Positions 8,388-18,863 are shown, numbered from the stretch's first letter. The stretch: DNA of 31,141 nt from Calothrix sp. NIES-2100 (GCA_002368195.1 AP018178.1:5050145-5081285); one strand, 5' to 3'. Notes: generated by a model not told the origin, from the sequence alone. Numbers and translations are program-made.

Positions 8388-11300
8388 TCAAGCAGATGTA
8401 TGGTCGGTTTGCAATTTAATTCCCAAAACTTGGGTGTAAGCTCCCCGTGCTTGAGTAACGCCTATTGTGCGTTCGGCTGATTCTATCATCGGTCGGCGCA
8501 AACTCACAACTATAAATTGTGCTTGTTTTGCCTGTTGTTTAATCATTTTAGCTAATCGTTCTACATTTGCCCCGTCCAAAAACATATCGACTTCGTCAAA
8601 GGCGTAGAAGGGAGAGGGGCGATAACGCTGGAGGGAAAAGATAAAGCTTAGGGCTGTGAGGGATTTTTCACCCCCAGACATGGAGGCTAATCTTTGGACT
8701 GGTTTTCCTTTGGGGTGGGCGACTAAGTTTAAGCCGCTGCTAAAGGGATCTTCAGGATCATCTAGTTGCAGGTAGCCGTCGCCTTCGGAAAGGGTGGCGA
8801 AAATTGATTGGAAGTTTTCGTTCACTGCGTCGAAGGCTTCTTTAAAGGCACGCTGACGCAATGTAGTAAAGTTTTCAATCCGCAAAAGTAGTTCTGTACG
8901 TTCTGCTTCTAAGGTTTCGAGCTTTTGTGTCAGTTCTTGCAGGCGGTTTTGGGTGCGTTCGTATTCTTCTAAGGCCAGCATATTTACTGGTTCCATTGCC
9001 TGTAAACGTTTGGCAAGCGATCGCAATTCTTTCTGCAATTCTTCTAAGTCTACTTGATCGGGTACTTCTGGCAGTGGATCGGGTAATTCTGGGGCTAAGG
9101 TTTGCAGTTGTTCTCTGACGTTAACTAATTCTTCTCGCTTTGCTACCAGGGTTTCTTGGAGTTTTTGCAGTTCCCATTCTAGTTGTTGTTGACGCAGTAA
9201 ATGCGATCGCAGTTCTTGTTCGGTGCGATCGCGTTTTTGTTTCTCTTCGCCTAAATTCAGTTCCATCTGGCTCAATCTCGCCTTTATTTCCGTGATTTGG
9301 GCGCTGAGTGCTGAATGTTGGCTATTGATTGTCGTTAATTGATTTTGCTGTGTCTCTTGCTCCTGATGGTACTGGGTAATTCTTTCCTCAGCTTCTTGGA
9401 TTTTTTCTTGTAAGCGTTGCTGTTGATTTTCCAGATTTCTTAATCTTTGTTCCGCTTCCCGTAAAGAAGTTTCTCTTTGTTGTAATTGTTGCTCTTGGGT
9501 TTTAATGGTGGCTTGGATTTGTTGCCATTCACTAGGGGTTTGGGAGGCTTCTAACTCGGCTAAAGTATGTCGCAATTGTTGCAACTGATTTTCTTGACCT
9601 GGTAATTCCCGATCCAAAATCTCCAACCGGGATTGAGAAGTGGCGAACTTTTCACTATTTTGCCCTAATTGCGATCGCGTATTTTCTAACTGCGTCGTCA
9701 AGGTTTTAATTTCTTTTTGCAACTGTTCTAATTGCAGCTGTTGTTCTCGCCTTGCTTGACGGGCTTCTGTAACTTGCTGCGTCAAGGTTTTGGTTTTGGC
9801 TGCGAGAGTATTAATAGCTTCACCACACCGTTCTAAAACTCTCTCAATTTCCCCTAAGCGTCGGCGTAAAGCGGCGACTTCTTCCGGTTCTGCTGTTTCG
9901 CTGTTTCCAAAGCGCAAGGATGAACGCTGGTTGTTACTACCGCCAGTCATCGCCCCGCTAGTTTCCAACAATTCCCCGTCTAGGGTGACGATACGGTATA
10001 AGCCGAGGTTTTTCCGCGCCTGTTCTAGGGTGGAAAAGACGACGGTGTTACCAAAAACATAACTAAAGACATCTTGATAACGGCGATCGCACTCAACTAA
10101 GTTCACCGCGTAGTTCACAAAACCACTGGCTAAACGTAGGGTAGCATCTTGGGTAAATCTGGGAGGGTTAATTTTATTTAAGGGTAAAAAGGTGGCTCTA
10201 CCGGCGCGTTTCTGTTTCAACAGTTCAATTCCCGCAGCGGCGATTCCGTCATCTTCCACCACTATATGTCCTAAACGCCCACCGGCGGCAGTTTCCAAAG
10301 CTAGTTGAAACCGGGGTTCGACTCTGCCTAACTGTACCACTAAACCACAAAGTCCCGGCATTCCCGATTGCAAAATAACTTTACTGGCTTGGGTTCCTTG
10401 AATTTCTTGCTGTGCTTGCGCCTGTGCTTCTAGTTTATCTAACTGGCGTTGTTTTTCCCGCTGTTCTTGCAGTAAGCGCTTCTGGGTATCTTGTTGAAGT
10501 TGCAGTTCTTGTTCTGTGGCTGCGAGATTTTGCGCTAAATTTTGGATGGGTTCGCTAGCGGCGTTAAATTCTGTTTCTAGGCGACTACAATCAGCTTGTT
10601 TTGTGGCTAATTCTGGTTCTAAACTAGCAACAAGCTGGGTTTGTTCTTGAATTTGCTGCTGTAGCTGATCGTTCCGTTCTCTTAGCTGCGCTTGTTCGGT
10701 GCGTTGGGGTTCGAGAGTTTGCAACAGCGTTTCAATTTGTCGGTTTAACGCCGTTTGTTGCTGTACCCAAGCTTCCGAAGCCGAAGCAATTTCCGCCGCT
10801 GCTTGGCGAGAAGTTTCTAAAGCTTGTTGCGTCTCATCTCGTTGCTGCTGACAGTAAACGATTGATTGCTTTTCTACAACCTGAGTTTGAGCAATTTGTT
10901 CTAGGGAACGTTGATGTTGTTGAATTTCTTCCTGACTTTGGGTTTGGCGTTTCGTCGTTTCTTGAATTGCGGTTTCTAATTCGCTGCGCTGACGCTGGAG
11001 TTGTTTGTGTTCTGCTTCTTGGGTGGCGAGGGTAGATTGTACAGCTAATAGTTCCTCTTCCCCCAAAGCTTTTACATGGGCATTGAGTTGATCTAATTCA
11101 ACAGTGGTTTGCTCAATTGTAGTATTCAGCGTGGTCAATTCAGTAGAAAGTTCTTGAGATTTGCGATCGCCATTTTGAATTTGGTTAGCTAATTTTTCTT
11201 GCTGTGCTTGGAGGGAACGCCAAGATAAAACTGCTTCCCAGGATTGTTTAGAAAGATATTCCGTGCGGAGTTTTTGATATTTTTCCGCTTTGGCGCGGTC

Positions 11301-12068
11301 TTGAGCCAGGCGATCGCGTTGTACAGTTAATTCAGTTTCAATAATCCGACAACTGTCTTCCTTCTCCTTTACCTCATCTAAAGTCGCCTTCGCTTGGTGA
11401 ATTTTTCGATCAAACGCCGCTACTCCCGCCAATTCATCAATAATTTCTCGCCGTTCTCTGGCGTTCATGGAGATAATACTGGTAACATCCCCTTGCAGTA
11501 CCACGTTATAGCCTTCAGGATAAATCCGCAGTGTCTCTAAGGCTTCATGTAACTCTGTCAGGGTACAAGATGCACCATTGATATAATAATTCGATGTATA
11601 AGTTCCTTGGTGTGTGACACGCAGCTTTCTGGTAACACTCCACTCTGCTGAAGTTTCTGGATTGGGAAATTTTGAGTTTGACTTGTCTTCCTCAACTTCC
11701 TCAACGTCTTCAACTTCTTCCACCTCCTCAACTTCTACTACTTCTACTTCCTCTAGGTTTTCATAGCTTTGCGGCTTGGTATCGTTGAGAGAAACTGCAT
11801 CAGTGATATCAAACGTCACCGTCACGCTAGCTTCCACAGTCGCCCGACTTTTAGCCGTTTGAGTATTATTAACCAAATCCGGTAAGCGATCAGCGCGCAT
11901 TCCCTTAGAACTGGCAAGCCCTAGACAAAACAGCAGCGCATCGAGAATATTAGATTTACCAGAACCATTAGGCCCAGATATGACAGTAAACCCCCCCAGT
12001 AAAGGAACTTGGGTAGTACCACCGAAGGACTTGAAGTTGGTAAGTTCGACGCGCTTTACATGAACCAT
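8388..12068 (-). CDS. smc: Chromosome segregation protein SMC
   Basis: N-terminal MVHVKRVELTNFKSF...ISGPNGSGKSNILDALLFCLG (Walker A), long coiled coils, a hinge, and a C-terminal signature/Walker B region (LSGGEKSLTALSFIFSL...FYAFDEVDMFLD). Length is 1226 aa. Confidence 0.95.
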   Translation of the reverse strand: MVHVKRVELTNFKSFGGTTQVPLLGGFTVISGPNGSGKSNILDALLFCLGLASSKGMRADRLPDLVNNTQTAKSRATVEASVTVTFDITDAVSLNDTKPQSYENLEEVEVVEVEEVEEVEDVEEVEEDKSNSKFPNPETSAEWSVTRKLRVTHQGTYTSNYYINGASCTLTELHEALETLRIYPEGYNVVLQGDVTSIISMNARERREIIDELAGVAAFDRKIHQAKATLDEVKEKEDSCRIIETELTVQRDRLAQDRAKAEKYQKLRTEYLSKQSWEAVLSWRSLQAQQEKLANQIQNGDRKSQELSTELTTLNTTIEQTTVELDQLNAHVKALGEEELLAVQSTLATQEAEHKQLQRQRSELETAIQETTKRQTQSQEEIQQHQRSLEQIAQTQVVEKQSIVYCQQQRDETQQALETSRQAAAEIASASEAWVQQQTALNRQIETLLQTLEPQRTEQAQLRERNDQLQQQIQEQTQLVASLEPELATKQADCSRLETEFNAASEPIQNLAQNLAATEQELQLQQDTQKRLLQEQREKQRQLDKLEAQAQAQQEIQGTQASKVILQSGMPGLCGLVVQLGRVEPRFQLALETAAGGRLGHIVVEDDGIAAAGIELLKQKRAGRATFLPLNKINPPRFTQDATLRLASGFVNYAVNLVECDRRYQDVFSYVFGNTVVFSTLEQARKNLGLYRIVTLDGELLETSGAMTGGSNNQRSSLRFGNSETAEPEEVAALRRRLGEIERVLERCGEAINTLAAKTKTLTQQVTEARQARREQQLQLEQLQKEIKTLTTQLENTRSQLGQNSEKFATSQSRLEILDRELPGQENQLQQLRHTLAELEASQTPSEWQQIQATIKTQEQQLQQRETSLREAEQRLRNLENQQQRLQEKIQEAEERITQYHQEQETQQNQLTTINSQHSALSAQITEIKARLSQMELNLGEEKQKRDRTEQELRSHLLRQQQLEWELQKLQETLVAKREELVNVREQLQTLAPELPDPLPEVPDQVDLEELQKELRSLAKRLQAMEPVNMLALEEYERTQNRLQELTQKLETLEAERTELLLRIENFTTLRQRAFKEAFDAVNENFQSIFATLSEGDGYLQLDDPEDPFSSGLNLVAHPKGKPVQRLASMSGGEKSLTALSFIFSLQRYRPSPFYAFDEVDMFLDGANVERLAKMIKQQAKQAQFIVVSLRRPMIESAERTIGVTQARGAYTQVLGIKLQTDHTSA

Positions 12069-12401
12069 AGGCGCTATGCTGCTGGGCTAATGAAGTAAAA
12101 GTGTAGCAAGTAAATATAGATTGTCTACTATTTCAGCGAGAGAATTTAGGATTTATTGAACCACTCCCGGCGCAAACAACCCACATGAAACTCAGGAGAT
12201 TTAATTAACACTACTAATTAATCGGTATACTTTTACTCTGTCTTTGGGCATTTCTATTTCCGTGAGTGAGTAAAATCCTCAAGCATTTTCCTGTAATGCT
12301 CCTGCTGAACATTTGTACTATAGTTTAGACAGCAGCCTTACTTATATCATGTTTGCAAAATAAATATTCACAAATCAAAGCTTTTCCTTTGCTTAGAGGT
12401 A

Positions 12402-12482
12402 GTAGGGGCGGGTTAACCTAGATCTGTGTAAAAAATTGATAATATCTGTGAACCCGCCCCCACCGCTTGTGAGAAATGCGGG
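12402..12482. repeat. Inverted-repeat element GTAGGGGCGGGTT...AACCCGCCCCCAC followed by CGCTTGTGAGAAATGCGGG
   Basis: A 33-nt segment is nearly identical at 30700-30732. Partial copies of the GTAGGGGCGGGTT arm sit at 6596 and 6825. Confidence 0.7.
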
Positions 12483-12584
12483 ATATGCAGCAATGAAACT
12501 TTATAAAATAATTTTCAACTGATATTATAGACACAGTTTTAATTTTTGTAAAATTATCTTAGCTGTTAAATAATCAGGTAAATT

Positions 12585-12944
12585 ATGCAACTAGAAGATT
12601 ACTTTGATTTTCAGCGTCCTGATGACATTCGACTCAAAGGTACAAGAGTAGGAATTGAAACTATTCTTTATGAATACATCTATCGTGCCCGAACGCCAGA
12701 AGAGATTGCCAACATTTATACTTCATTAACATTAGAACAAGTTTACGCCACTATTCTTTATTACCTGCATAACAAAGAAGCTGTCAGCAATTATATAGCT
12801 GATTGGTTAGAGTGGAGTCATAAAATGCAGGAAGAACAAAGACGTAATCCTCCACCAGTTGTTGCCAAGCTGATAAAATTCAAAGCTGAAAGAGAAGCCA
12901 TGAAAAAAGCAAAGGACAATGACTCTCAAATATCTGCTGGATGA
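12585..12944 (+). CDS. DUF433-family protein (putative antitoxin-like partner)
   Basis: GTRVGIETILYEY....TPEEIANIY..LTLEQVYATILYY matches the DUF433 signature. It overlaps the next gene by 26 nt. Confidence 0.75.
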   Translation: MQLEDYFDFQRPDDIRLKGTRVGIETILYEYIYRARTPEEIANIYTSLTLEQVYATILYYLHNKEAVSNYIADWLEWSHKMQEEQRRNPPPVVAKLIKFKAEREAMKKAKDNDSQISAG

Positions 12945-13284
12945 AAATGTTGCTCCTCTGTTTCAAGTTCAACTCAGACGACAAAAACGTGATTTGGTTG
13001 TTTGGGCGGTGGGAGAACCTGCTACTCCTCCTAAAAGCACACTAGATCCAGAAATATTATGCTGGTGTGAGAAACACAACTTTATTTTAGTTACAAATAA
13101 TCGTAAATCCATGCCTGTACATTTGGCTGAACATATCGCCCTTGGGCAGAATGTACCAGGTATTTTTATTTTGAATGATAAATTAACTATTGGTCAAAAT
13201 ATTGATGAATTAATTATCATTGCTGAAGCCTCTTTTGATGATGAATATCAAAACCAAATAGTGCATTTACCATTGCTTCAGTAA
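12919..13284 (+). CDS. DUF5615-family (PIN-like) protein, the usual partner of DUF433
   Basis: MTLKYLLDENV...ILVTNN resembles the DUF5615 N-terminus (MKFLxDENL). The overlapping arrangement is typical of DUF433/DUF5615 pairs. Confidence 0.7.
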   Translation: MTLKYLLDENVAPLFQVQLRRQKRDLVVWAVGEPATPPKSTLDPEILCWCEKHNFILVTNNRKSMPVHLAEHIALGQNVPGIFILNDKLTIGQNIDELIIIAEASFDDEYQNQIVHLPLLQ

Positions 13285-13361
13285 AATCAAAGCTAAATCC
13301 GCAATCCGCGATCGCTTCTGGATATTTTACCTCAGATACGGGGATGACTTACTGTGGTAAC

Positions 13362-13512
13362 CACAAGGTACGCTGTGGTCACTACAAGGTACGCTGTGGT
13401 CACTACAAGGTACGATGTGGTCACCACAAGGTACGATGTGGTCACTACAAGGTACGATGTGGTCACCACAAGGTACGCTGTGGTCACCACAAGGTACGCT
13501 GTGGTAACCACA
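13362..13512. repeat. Second 21-bp tandem repeat with about 7 copies (unit CTGTGGTCACYACAAGGTACG)
   Basis: Direct inspection. The unit differs from the 1990-2289 array. Each unit can form a small CCACA...TGTGG hairpin. Confidence 0.9.
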
Positions 13513-13805
13513 TGATGATTTTAAAGGTTTGTAGTGAGGACTAAAGTCCTCAAATAAGGACTGAAGTCCTTACTACGAAATGAATTAAGAGATTTTTACA
13601 TCGCAAAACACATAGTTAGATGCAATTACCGACTTACTTAGTCGTCATCAATGAAAATTTTTCTCCCCCTGCTTCCAGAAGCACCCCACACCCCCCAGAC
13701 TCTCCCTCACTTCTAGCTATAAGCTGATAAATCAGCCGCGATCGCCTTTATGTTGCTAAATTAACAAAATAGAATAAAATCAAAGCTAGCTAGCTGCAAT
13801 CGACA

Positions 13806-16040
13806 ATGGTATCTACTTCTACACCGTTCTCGGATATTAAAAACCATTGGGCACGCTTATTTATTGAAGCTTTATCAGGGTGTCGCGTTTTAAATGGGTA
13901 TCCAAACGGAACTTTTCGCCCAGATAACTCAGTAACTCGTGCGGAATTTGCTGCCATCATTGGCGCAGTCTTTACAGTACCGCCAAAACGGCAATATGTC
14001 GCTTTTACTGATGTCCCTACTAACCATTGGGCTTTTAGTGCTATACAAAAATCTTATGAAACAGGATTTATTAGTGGCTATCCCAATCGCACTTTCCTTC
14101 CTAATAATAGAATTTCCCGGGGCGATGTTTTTGTTGCCATAGTCAACGGCTTGGATATTGCTACTAAAATCAAACCTGACTTGGTAAATAAACTGCCGCA
14201 ATTATATCAAGATGCAACTGCGATCGCCGCCTATGCCAAAAATCAAGTAGCCATTGCTACGAGTACCGGGTTAGTAGCTAGCTATCCAAATATCAAATTT
14301 CTCAACCCCAATATCGCCGCCACTCGTGCAGATGTGGCAGTAATAGTTTATCAAGCTTTAGTCTATCTGGGGCGAGTAGACAAAATTACCTCAGCTTACT
14401 TAGTAATTCCACCCACGCCCACGCCCACACCAACGCCCACACCAACACCAAGCACCACGCCAACGCCCACACCCACGCCAACGCCAATACCCATTCCCAC
14501 ACCCACGCCAACGCCAATACCAACACCCACGCCAACGCCAATACCCATTCCCATACCTACGCCAACGCCAACCCCGACACCCACGCCAACGCCAATACCC
14601 ATTCCCATACCTACGCCAACGCCAACCCCGACACCTACCCCAGTACCATCAAATACAATCAGGGTAAATCATCAACGAGAGTTTCGCGGCGCTTGGGTAG
14701 CGTCAGTATGGAATAGTGATTGGCCTTCTAAAGCTGGACTACCTGTAGCGCAACAAAAATCAGAATTACTGGCGATTATCACCAAATTACAGCAGCTCAA
14801 TTTTAATGCGCTGATTTTGCAGGTGCGACCAGAAGGGGATGCGTTGTATGCTTCATCTTTAGAACCGTGGAGTGCTTGGTTGACAGGAACCCAGGGGAAA
14901 GCACCAGATCCATTTTATGACCCCTTAGAGTATGCGATCGCAGAATGCCACAAACGTAATATAGAACTTCATGCTTGGTTCAATCCCTATCGCGCTAAGA
15001 CTTCGATTCAGCAAGGGTCGAATGTCATTCCCCACATAGCTGTAACTAATCCCCAAGTTGTTTATAAATGGGGTAATCAGTTGTGGATGGACCCAGGATT
15101 AGAAATTGTTCAAGATAGGGCTTATAACGTAATTCTCGATGTTGTCCGCCGTTATGACATCGATGGCGTTCACTTAGATGATTATTTTTATCCCTACCCC
15201 ATCACAGGTCAAAGTTTCCCCGATAGTAAAACCTACGCAACGTATAAAGAAGCCGGTGGCGGACTCAGCTTGGCTGACTGGCGCAGAGAAAACGTCAATC
15301 TGATGGTACTGCGTCTGGCTGAGGGAATTAAAGCCGCCAAGACCCATGTTAAATTTGGCATCAGTCCCTTCGGTATTTACAGACCCGGACAACCGCCAGG
15401 AATTACCGGCTTAGATGCCTATGATGTCCTCTATGCCGACTCGAAAAAATGGCTAGAACAAGGTTGGATTGATTACATCGCCCCTCAACTCTACTGGCGT
15501 ACCGACCAAACACAACAAAGTTATCCTGCCTTACTCAAATGGTGGACACAGGTAAACACTAAGCAAAAACACGTTTACGCTGGTAACAATTTAACAGAAC
15601 CAAGTAACAAGAGTCGGGAGAGTGAAGAGATTGAAAAGCAGGTAATAATTAGCCGTAGCCAAACTGGACAGTTTTCATTAGGGAACATCTTCTTTAATGT
15701 GGGCGTTTTAATGGAAAACAGTCAAGGCATTGCGGATAAATTCCAAAGTCTGCTTTATAAAAAGCCTGCCTTACCGCCAATTTTGCCTTGGCATGATACC
15801 ACACCACCAGCACCCCCCACCGCCTTGCAATATGTTAACGGTAAACTCAATTGGCAACCTGGTGATAATCAACCAGTTCGTTCTTGGGCGCTTTATCGAC
15901 AAGTTGGGGATAATTGGGAAATTCAGCGACTTTTATCGGCTGGGACAAACTTTGCCACTGTGGGGCCAGGTATCTATGCAGTTTCCGCAGTTAATAGATT
16001 AGGGAGTGAGAGTTTAGGAGTGGTGATTACTGTTAGTTGA
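13806..16040 (+). CDS. S-layer-homology (SLH) domain protein: N-terminal SLH repeats, a long Pro-Thr linker, and a C-terminal GHL10/DUF187 (YngK-like) glycoside-hydrolase-like domain
   Basis: SLH motifs (F.D....HWA...I......G...GYP.G.F.P....TRAE) occur three times. The (TP/IP)n linker lies at about aa 200-280. The C-terminal [13 protein letters not shown]...[17 protein letters not shown] is the DUF187 signature. Confidence 0.8.
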   Translation: MVSTSTPFSDIKNHWARLFIEALSGCRVLNGYPNGTFRPDNSVTRAEFAAIIGAVFTVPPKRQYVAFTDVPTNHWAFSAIQKSYETGFISGYPNRTFLPNNRISRGDVFVAIVNGLDIATKIKPDLVNKLPQLYQDATAIAAYAKNQVAIATSTGLVASYPNIKFLNPNIAATRADVAVIVYQALVYLGRVDKITSAYLVIPPTPTPTPTPTPTPSTTPTPTPTPTPIPIPTPTPTPIPTPTPTPIPIPIPTPTPTPTPTPTPIPIPIPTPTPTPTPTPVPSNTIRVNHQREFRGAWVASVWNSDWPSKAGLPVAQQKSELLAIITKLQQLNFNALILQVRPEGDALYASSLEPWSAWLTGTQGKAPDPFYDPLEYAIAECHKRNIELHAWFNPYRAKTSIQQGSNVIPHIAVTNPQVVYKWGNQLWMDPGLEIVQDRAYNVILDVVRRYDIDGVHLDDYFYPYPITGQSFPDSKTYATYKEAGGGLSLADWRRENVNLMVLRLAEGIKAAKTHVKFGISPFGIYRPGQPPGITGLDAYDVLYADSKKWLEQGWIDYIAPQLYWRTDQTQQSYPALLKWWTQVNTKQKHVYAGNNLTEPSNKSRESEEIEKQVIISRSQTGQFSLGNIFFNVGVLMENSQGIADKFQSLLYKKPALPPILPWHDTTPPAPPTALQYVNGKLNWQPGDNQPVRSWALYRQVGDNWEIQRLLSAGTNFATVGPGIYAVSAVNRLGSESLGVVITVS

Positions 16041-16196
16041 TGGTTGACAGTTGTATTTACAAATCGCAAATGTAGGGGCACAACGGCAGTTCATACGTGT
16101 CAACTTAACGTGAAACTCTCTGTGTGACAAAGTTTTGCCCTCATCCCCTAACCCCTTCTCCCTCAGGAGAAGGGGAATTCCCTCACCCCCACCCTT

Positions 16197-16859
16197 CTAG
16201 GGTGAAAGCATAACCTTGTCATTATACGGGTTTGAATTTTTGAATGCTTCTGCCTTTTCGTAAGCACGAATTGTTGCCGGACGTGCCTTAATTGTCTCAA
16301 ACCAACGCTTTAAATTCGGAAAATCTTCTAAGTTTTGACTTTGACGTTTATAAGGCACAATCCAGGGATAAGCAGCAATATCAGCAATGGAATAATCGCC
16401 AGCTACAAATTCTCTATCTGCCAATCTTTTATCTAACACTCCATACAAGCGTCCTGTTTCTTTGACGTAGCGGTTGATAGCATAGTCAATTTTTTCTGGT
16501 GCGTATTCGCTAAAGTGGTGGTTCTGACCAGCCATTGGCCCTAAACCTGCCATTTGCCAGAATAGCCATTGTAAAACCTCTAGGCGCGCATCTTGAGGAA
16601 TTAACTTCCCAGTTTTTTCTGCTAAATACAGCAGAATAGCACCAGATTCAAAAATAGCAATTGGCTCACCTCCATTTACAGGTTCATGGTCAACAATTGC
16701 CGGAATACGATTGTTAGGAGAAACCTTGAGAAAATCCGGATTGAATTGCTCACCAGCCATAATATTTACTGGAATAATATTGTAAAGAAGTCTAACTTCT
16801 TCCAAGAAAATTGTGATTTTATTACCGTTTGGTGTTGGCCAATAATAAAGGTCAATCAT
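16197..16859 (-). CDS. Nu-class glutathione S-transferase (YfcG/YghU-like), copy 1
   Basis: MIDLYYWPTPNGNKITIFLEE...ISPNNRIPAIVDHEP..GGEPIAIFESGAILLYLAEKTGK resembles E. coli YfcG closely. Confidence 0.9.
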   Translation of the reverse strand: MIDLYYWPTPNGNKITIFLEEVRLLYNIIPVNIMAGEQFNPDFLKVSPNNRIPAIVDHEPVNGGEPIAIFESGAILLYLAEKTGKLIPQDARLEVLQWLFWQMAGLGPMAGQNHHFSEYAPEKIDYAINRYVKETGRLYGVLDKRLADREFVAGDYSIADIAAYPWIVPYKRQSQNLEDFPNLKRWFETIKARPATIRAYEKAEAFKNSNPYNDKVMLSP

Positions 16860-17392
16860 GGGTTATTCTCCCGAATTTTTGTGATTGTTTTGAGAACTTA
16901 GACTTCTTTTGCTGCTAGTAGTCCACCACAATAATTTCTTAGTCAGCGCTTCAGTCCTTATTTCCAGGACACTGCTGACTAGGTATCTGTAAATAATTAA
17001 TGACATAAACCACTAGCCAATGTTGTTGATGAATGCGATGATTTAGCGATCGCACCCCAAACTCTATGGTGAACTGGGAAAATCGGTGTCGGATATTTTT
17101 CTGGCAATTTTGATTATTCTAGGAGTCACACACCCACTTATGATGCGCTTTTCTACTAGTTGCATGGTTGTACTGTAGATATCGACTCTTGGTCATATAT
17201 TAAACACCAGCACTTGTAAGTACATGAAACCTTAACATTACCGCAAAATTTTGCTGATATTTGCGTATATATTAACTATTTTAGTATTTTACCGTATTTT
17301 CACTCAGGCGATCGCTTCGCTTTCGTCAAAAGTCAAAATTAATAAATATTTACTTTTGACTTTTGACTGAAGCGAAGGGTTTAAGAGCTAGC

Positions 17393-17812
17393 CGCCATGA
17401 TAAGGTACAAACTTTGCCCCTGTGGGGACAGGAACCTATGCTGTATCCGCAGTTAACAGGTTAGCAAGTGAGAGTTTATACCGTTTAACTTTAATTATGA
17501 TACAAATACATTGGTAGGGAACAATGCCCATTGGTGTCAACTTAACCTGAAACCCGCTTGGTGAAAAGGTTTCGCCCTCACCCCCAGCCCCTCTCCCCTG
17601 GGGAGAGGGGAGCTAGAAATCCAATTCCCCAACTCCGGTGGGGAGAAGGGGTTAGGGGATGAGGGCGTGGGAATTTGTACAACGCTTGCCCGATATAGCT
17701 TTCGGCTTAAGTTGACACGTATGGGCAATGCCGTGCCCCCGACGCGAAATCTATATGTATCAGCGTTTTAGTGAAATGGTATTAGGAGTGGTGATTACAG
17801 TCAGTTAATGAT
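17393..17812. pseudogene. Decayed duplicate of the 3' end of the SLH/GHL10 gene, interrupted by a MITE
   Basis: 17393-17478 resembles 15946-16031 (...CAAACTTTGCC.CTGTGGGG.CAGG.A.CTATGC.GT.TCCGCAGTTAA.AG.TTAG..AGTGAGAGTTTA). 17785-17812 resembles 16032-16045 and onward (GGAGTGGTGATTAC.G). Confidence 0.6.
17479..17784. mobile_element. MITE insertion of about 306 bp with a TGTCAACTTAA-type TIR core at 17526-17726, inside the duplicated gene fragment
   Basis: Comparison with the intact parental 3' end places the insertion between ...AGTGAGAGTTTA and GGAGTGGTGATTA. TTA is present at both junctions and may be a TSD. The TIRs are GCCCATTGGTGTCAACTTAA / TTAAGTTGACACGTATGGGC. Confidence 0.6.
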
Positions 17813-18164
17813 TGATGTCGCTTGTACATCTTCGTGTGATTGTATTGATAACACGGGGATTGTTTGACATTGCAGCCATAGGTGTTAAGTATGAACGATG
17901 TCCAGCGGTGCAATCGCACTATTAGGCATCTTAATTTACAGCGAAACTAGGGGTAGTTCAGAGTCGTAGATATAAACGATACACCGTTTTCCTCCCAGGA
18001 CGCTGCATTCAAAAACCACTCAGACTATCAAAACATAATGGGAGCGTGAGAACCCCTGCCTTTACATGAGGGGATGAAACGCGACTCAACAGGATTTATC
18101 CTGTTTGCTTTATTAATAGAGAAAGGCTGCCGCTGAAACTAGTCAAGCGGCAATTTGGATTTAC

Positions 18165-18863
18165 CTAACGTTGAATAGTCTGCGCAGATTGATTAAATAA
18201 TAAATCCCGTGACTTTTCAATATCTAATGCCTGATTTTTAAACTCTTCTGCCTTTTCGTAAGCGCGAATTGTTGCCGGACGTGCCTTAATTGCCTCAAAC
18301 CAACGCTTTAAATTCGGAAAATCTTCTAAGTTTTGGCTTTGGCGTTCATAAGGCACAATCCAGGGATAAGCAGCAATATCAGCAATGGAATAATCGCCAG
18401 CTACAAATTCTCTATCTGCCAATCTTTTGTCTAACACTGCATACAAGCGTCCTGTTTCTTTGACGTAGCGGTTGATAGCATAGTCAATTTTTTCTGGTGC
18501 GTATTGGCTAAAGTGGTGGTTCTGTCCCGCCATTGGCCCTAAACCTCCCATTTGCCAAAATAACCATTGTAAAACTTCAACACGTTTGGGCAAATCTTGG
18601 GGAATTAACTTCCCAGTTTTTTCTGCTAAATACAGCAGAATTGCACCCGATTCAAAAACAGAAATCGGCGCACCGCCATTTGCAGGTTCATTGTCAACAA
18701 TTGCCGGGATACGATTGTTAGGTGAAATATTGAGAAACTCTGGCTTAAATTGGTCGCCAGCACCAATATTTACCGGAATAATATTGTAAGGAAGTCCAAC
18801 TTCTTCCAAGAAAATTGTAATTTTATGACCGTTGGGAGTTGTCCAATAATAAAGGTCAATCAT
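18165..18863 (-). CDS. Nu-class glutathione S-transferase (YfcG-like), copy 2 and paralog of 16197-16859
   Basis: The start is taken at the internal ATG (MIDLYYWTTPNGH...), which has a GGAGA RBS, rather than at the ORF-track start 10 codons upstream. Roughly 95% nt identity to copy 1 over the 3' half. Confidence 0.85.
   Translation of the reverse strand: MIDLYYWTTPNGHKITIFLEEVGLPYNIIPVNIGAGDQFKPEFLNISPNNRIPAIVDNEPANGGAPISVFESGAILLYLAEKTGKLIPQDLPKRVEVLQWLFWQMGGLGPMAGQNHHFSQYAPEKIDYAINRYVKETGRLYAVLDKRLADREFVAGDYSIADIAAYPWIVPYERQSQNLEDFPNLKRWFEAIKARPATIRAYEKAEEFKNQALDIEKSRDLLFNQSAQTIQR

Noticed and set aside
7692-10062. Small plus-strand ORFs inside the PRC-barrel and smc genes (7692-7886, 7958-8239, 8927-9118, 9790-10062)
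   Set aside because: They are antisense to long, well-supported genes. No independent support.
13344-13544. 66-aa ORF (HYKVRCG)n over the second 21-bp array
   Set aside because: Same reasoning as above. There is no RBS or gene context and it lies within an intergenic repeat block.
14396-14608. 70-aa Gly/Val-repeat ORF on the minus strand
   Set aside because: It is antisense to the Pro-Thr linker microsatellite inside the SLH/GHL10 gene and is a compositional artefact.
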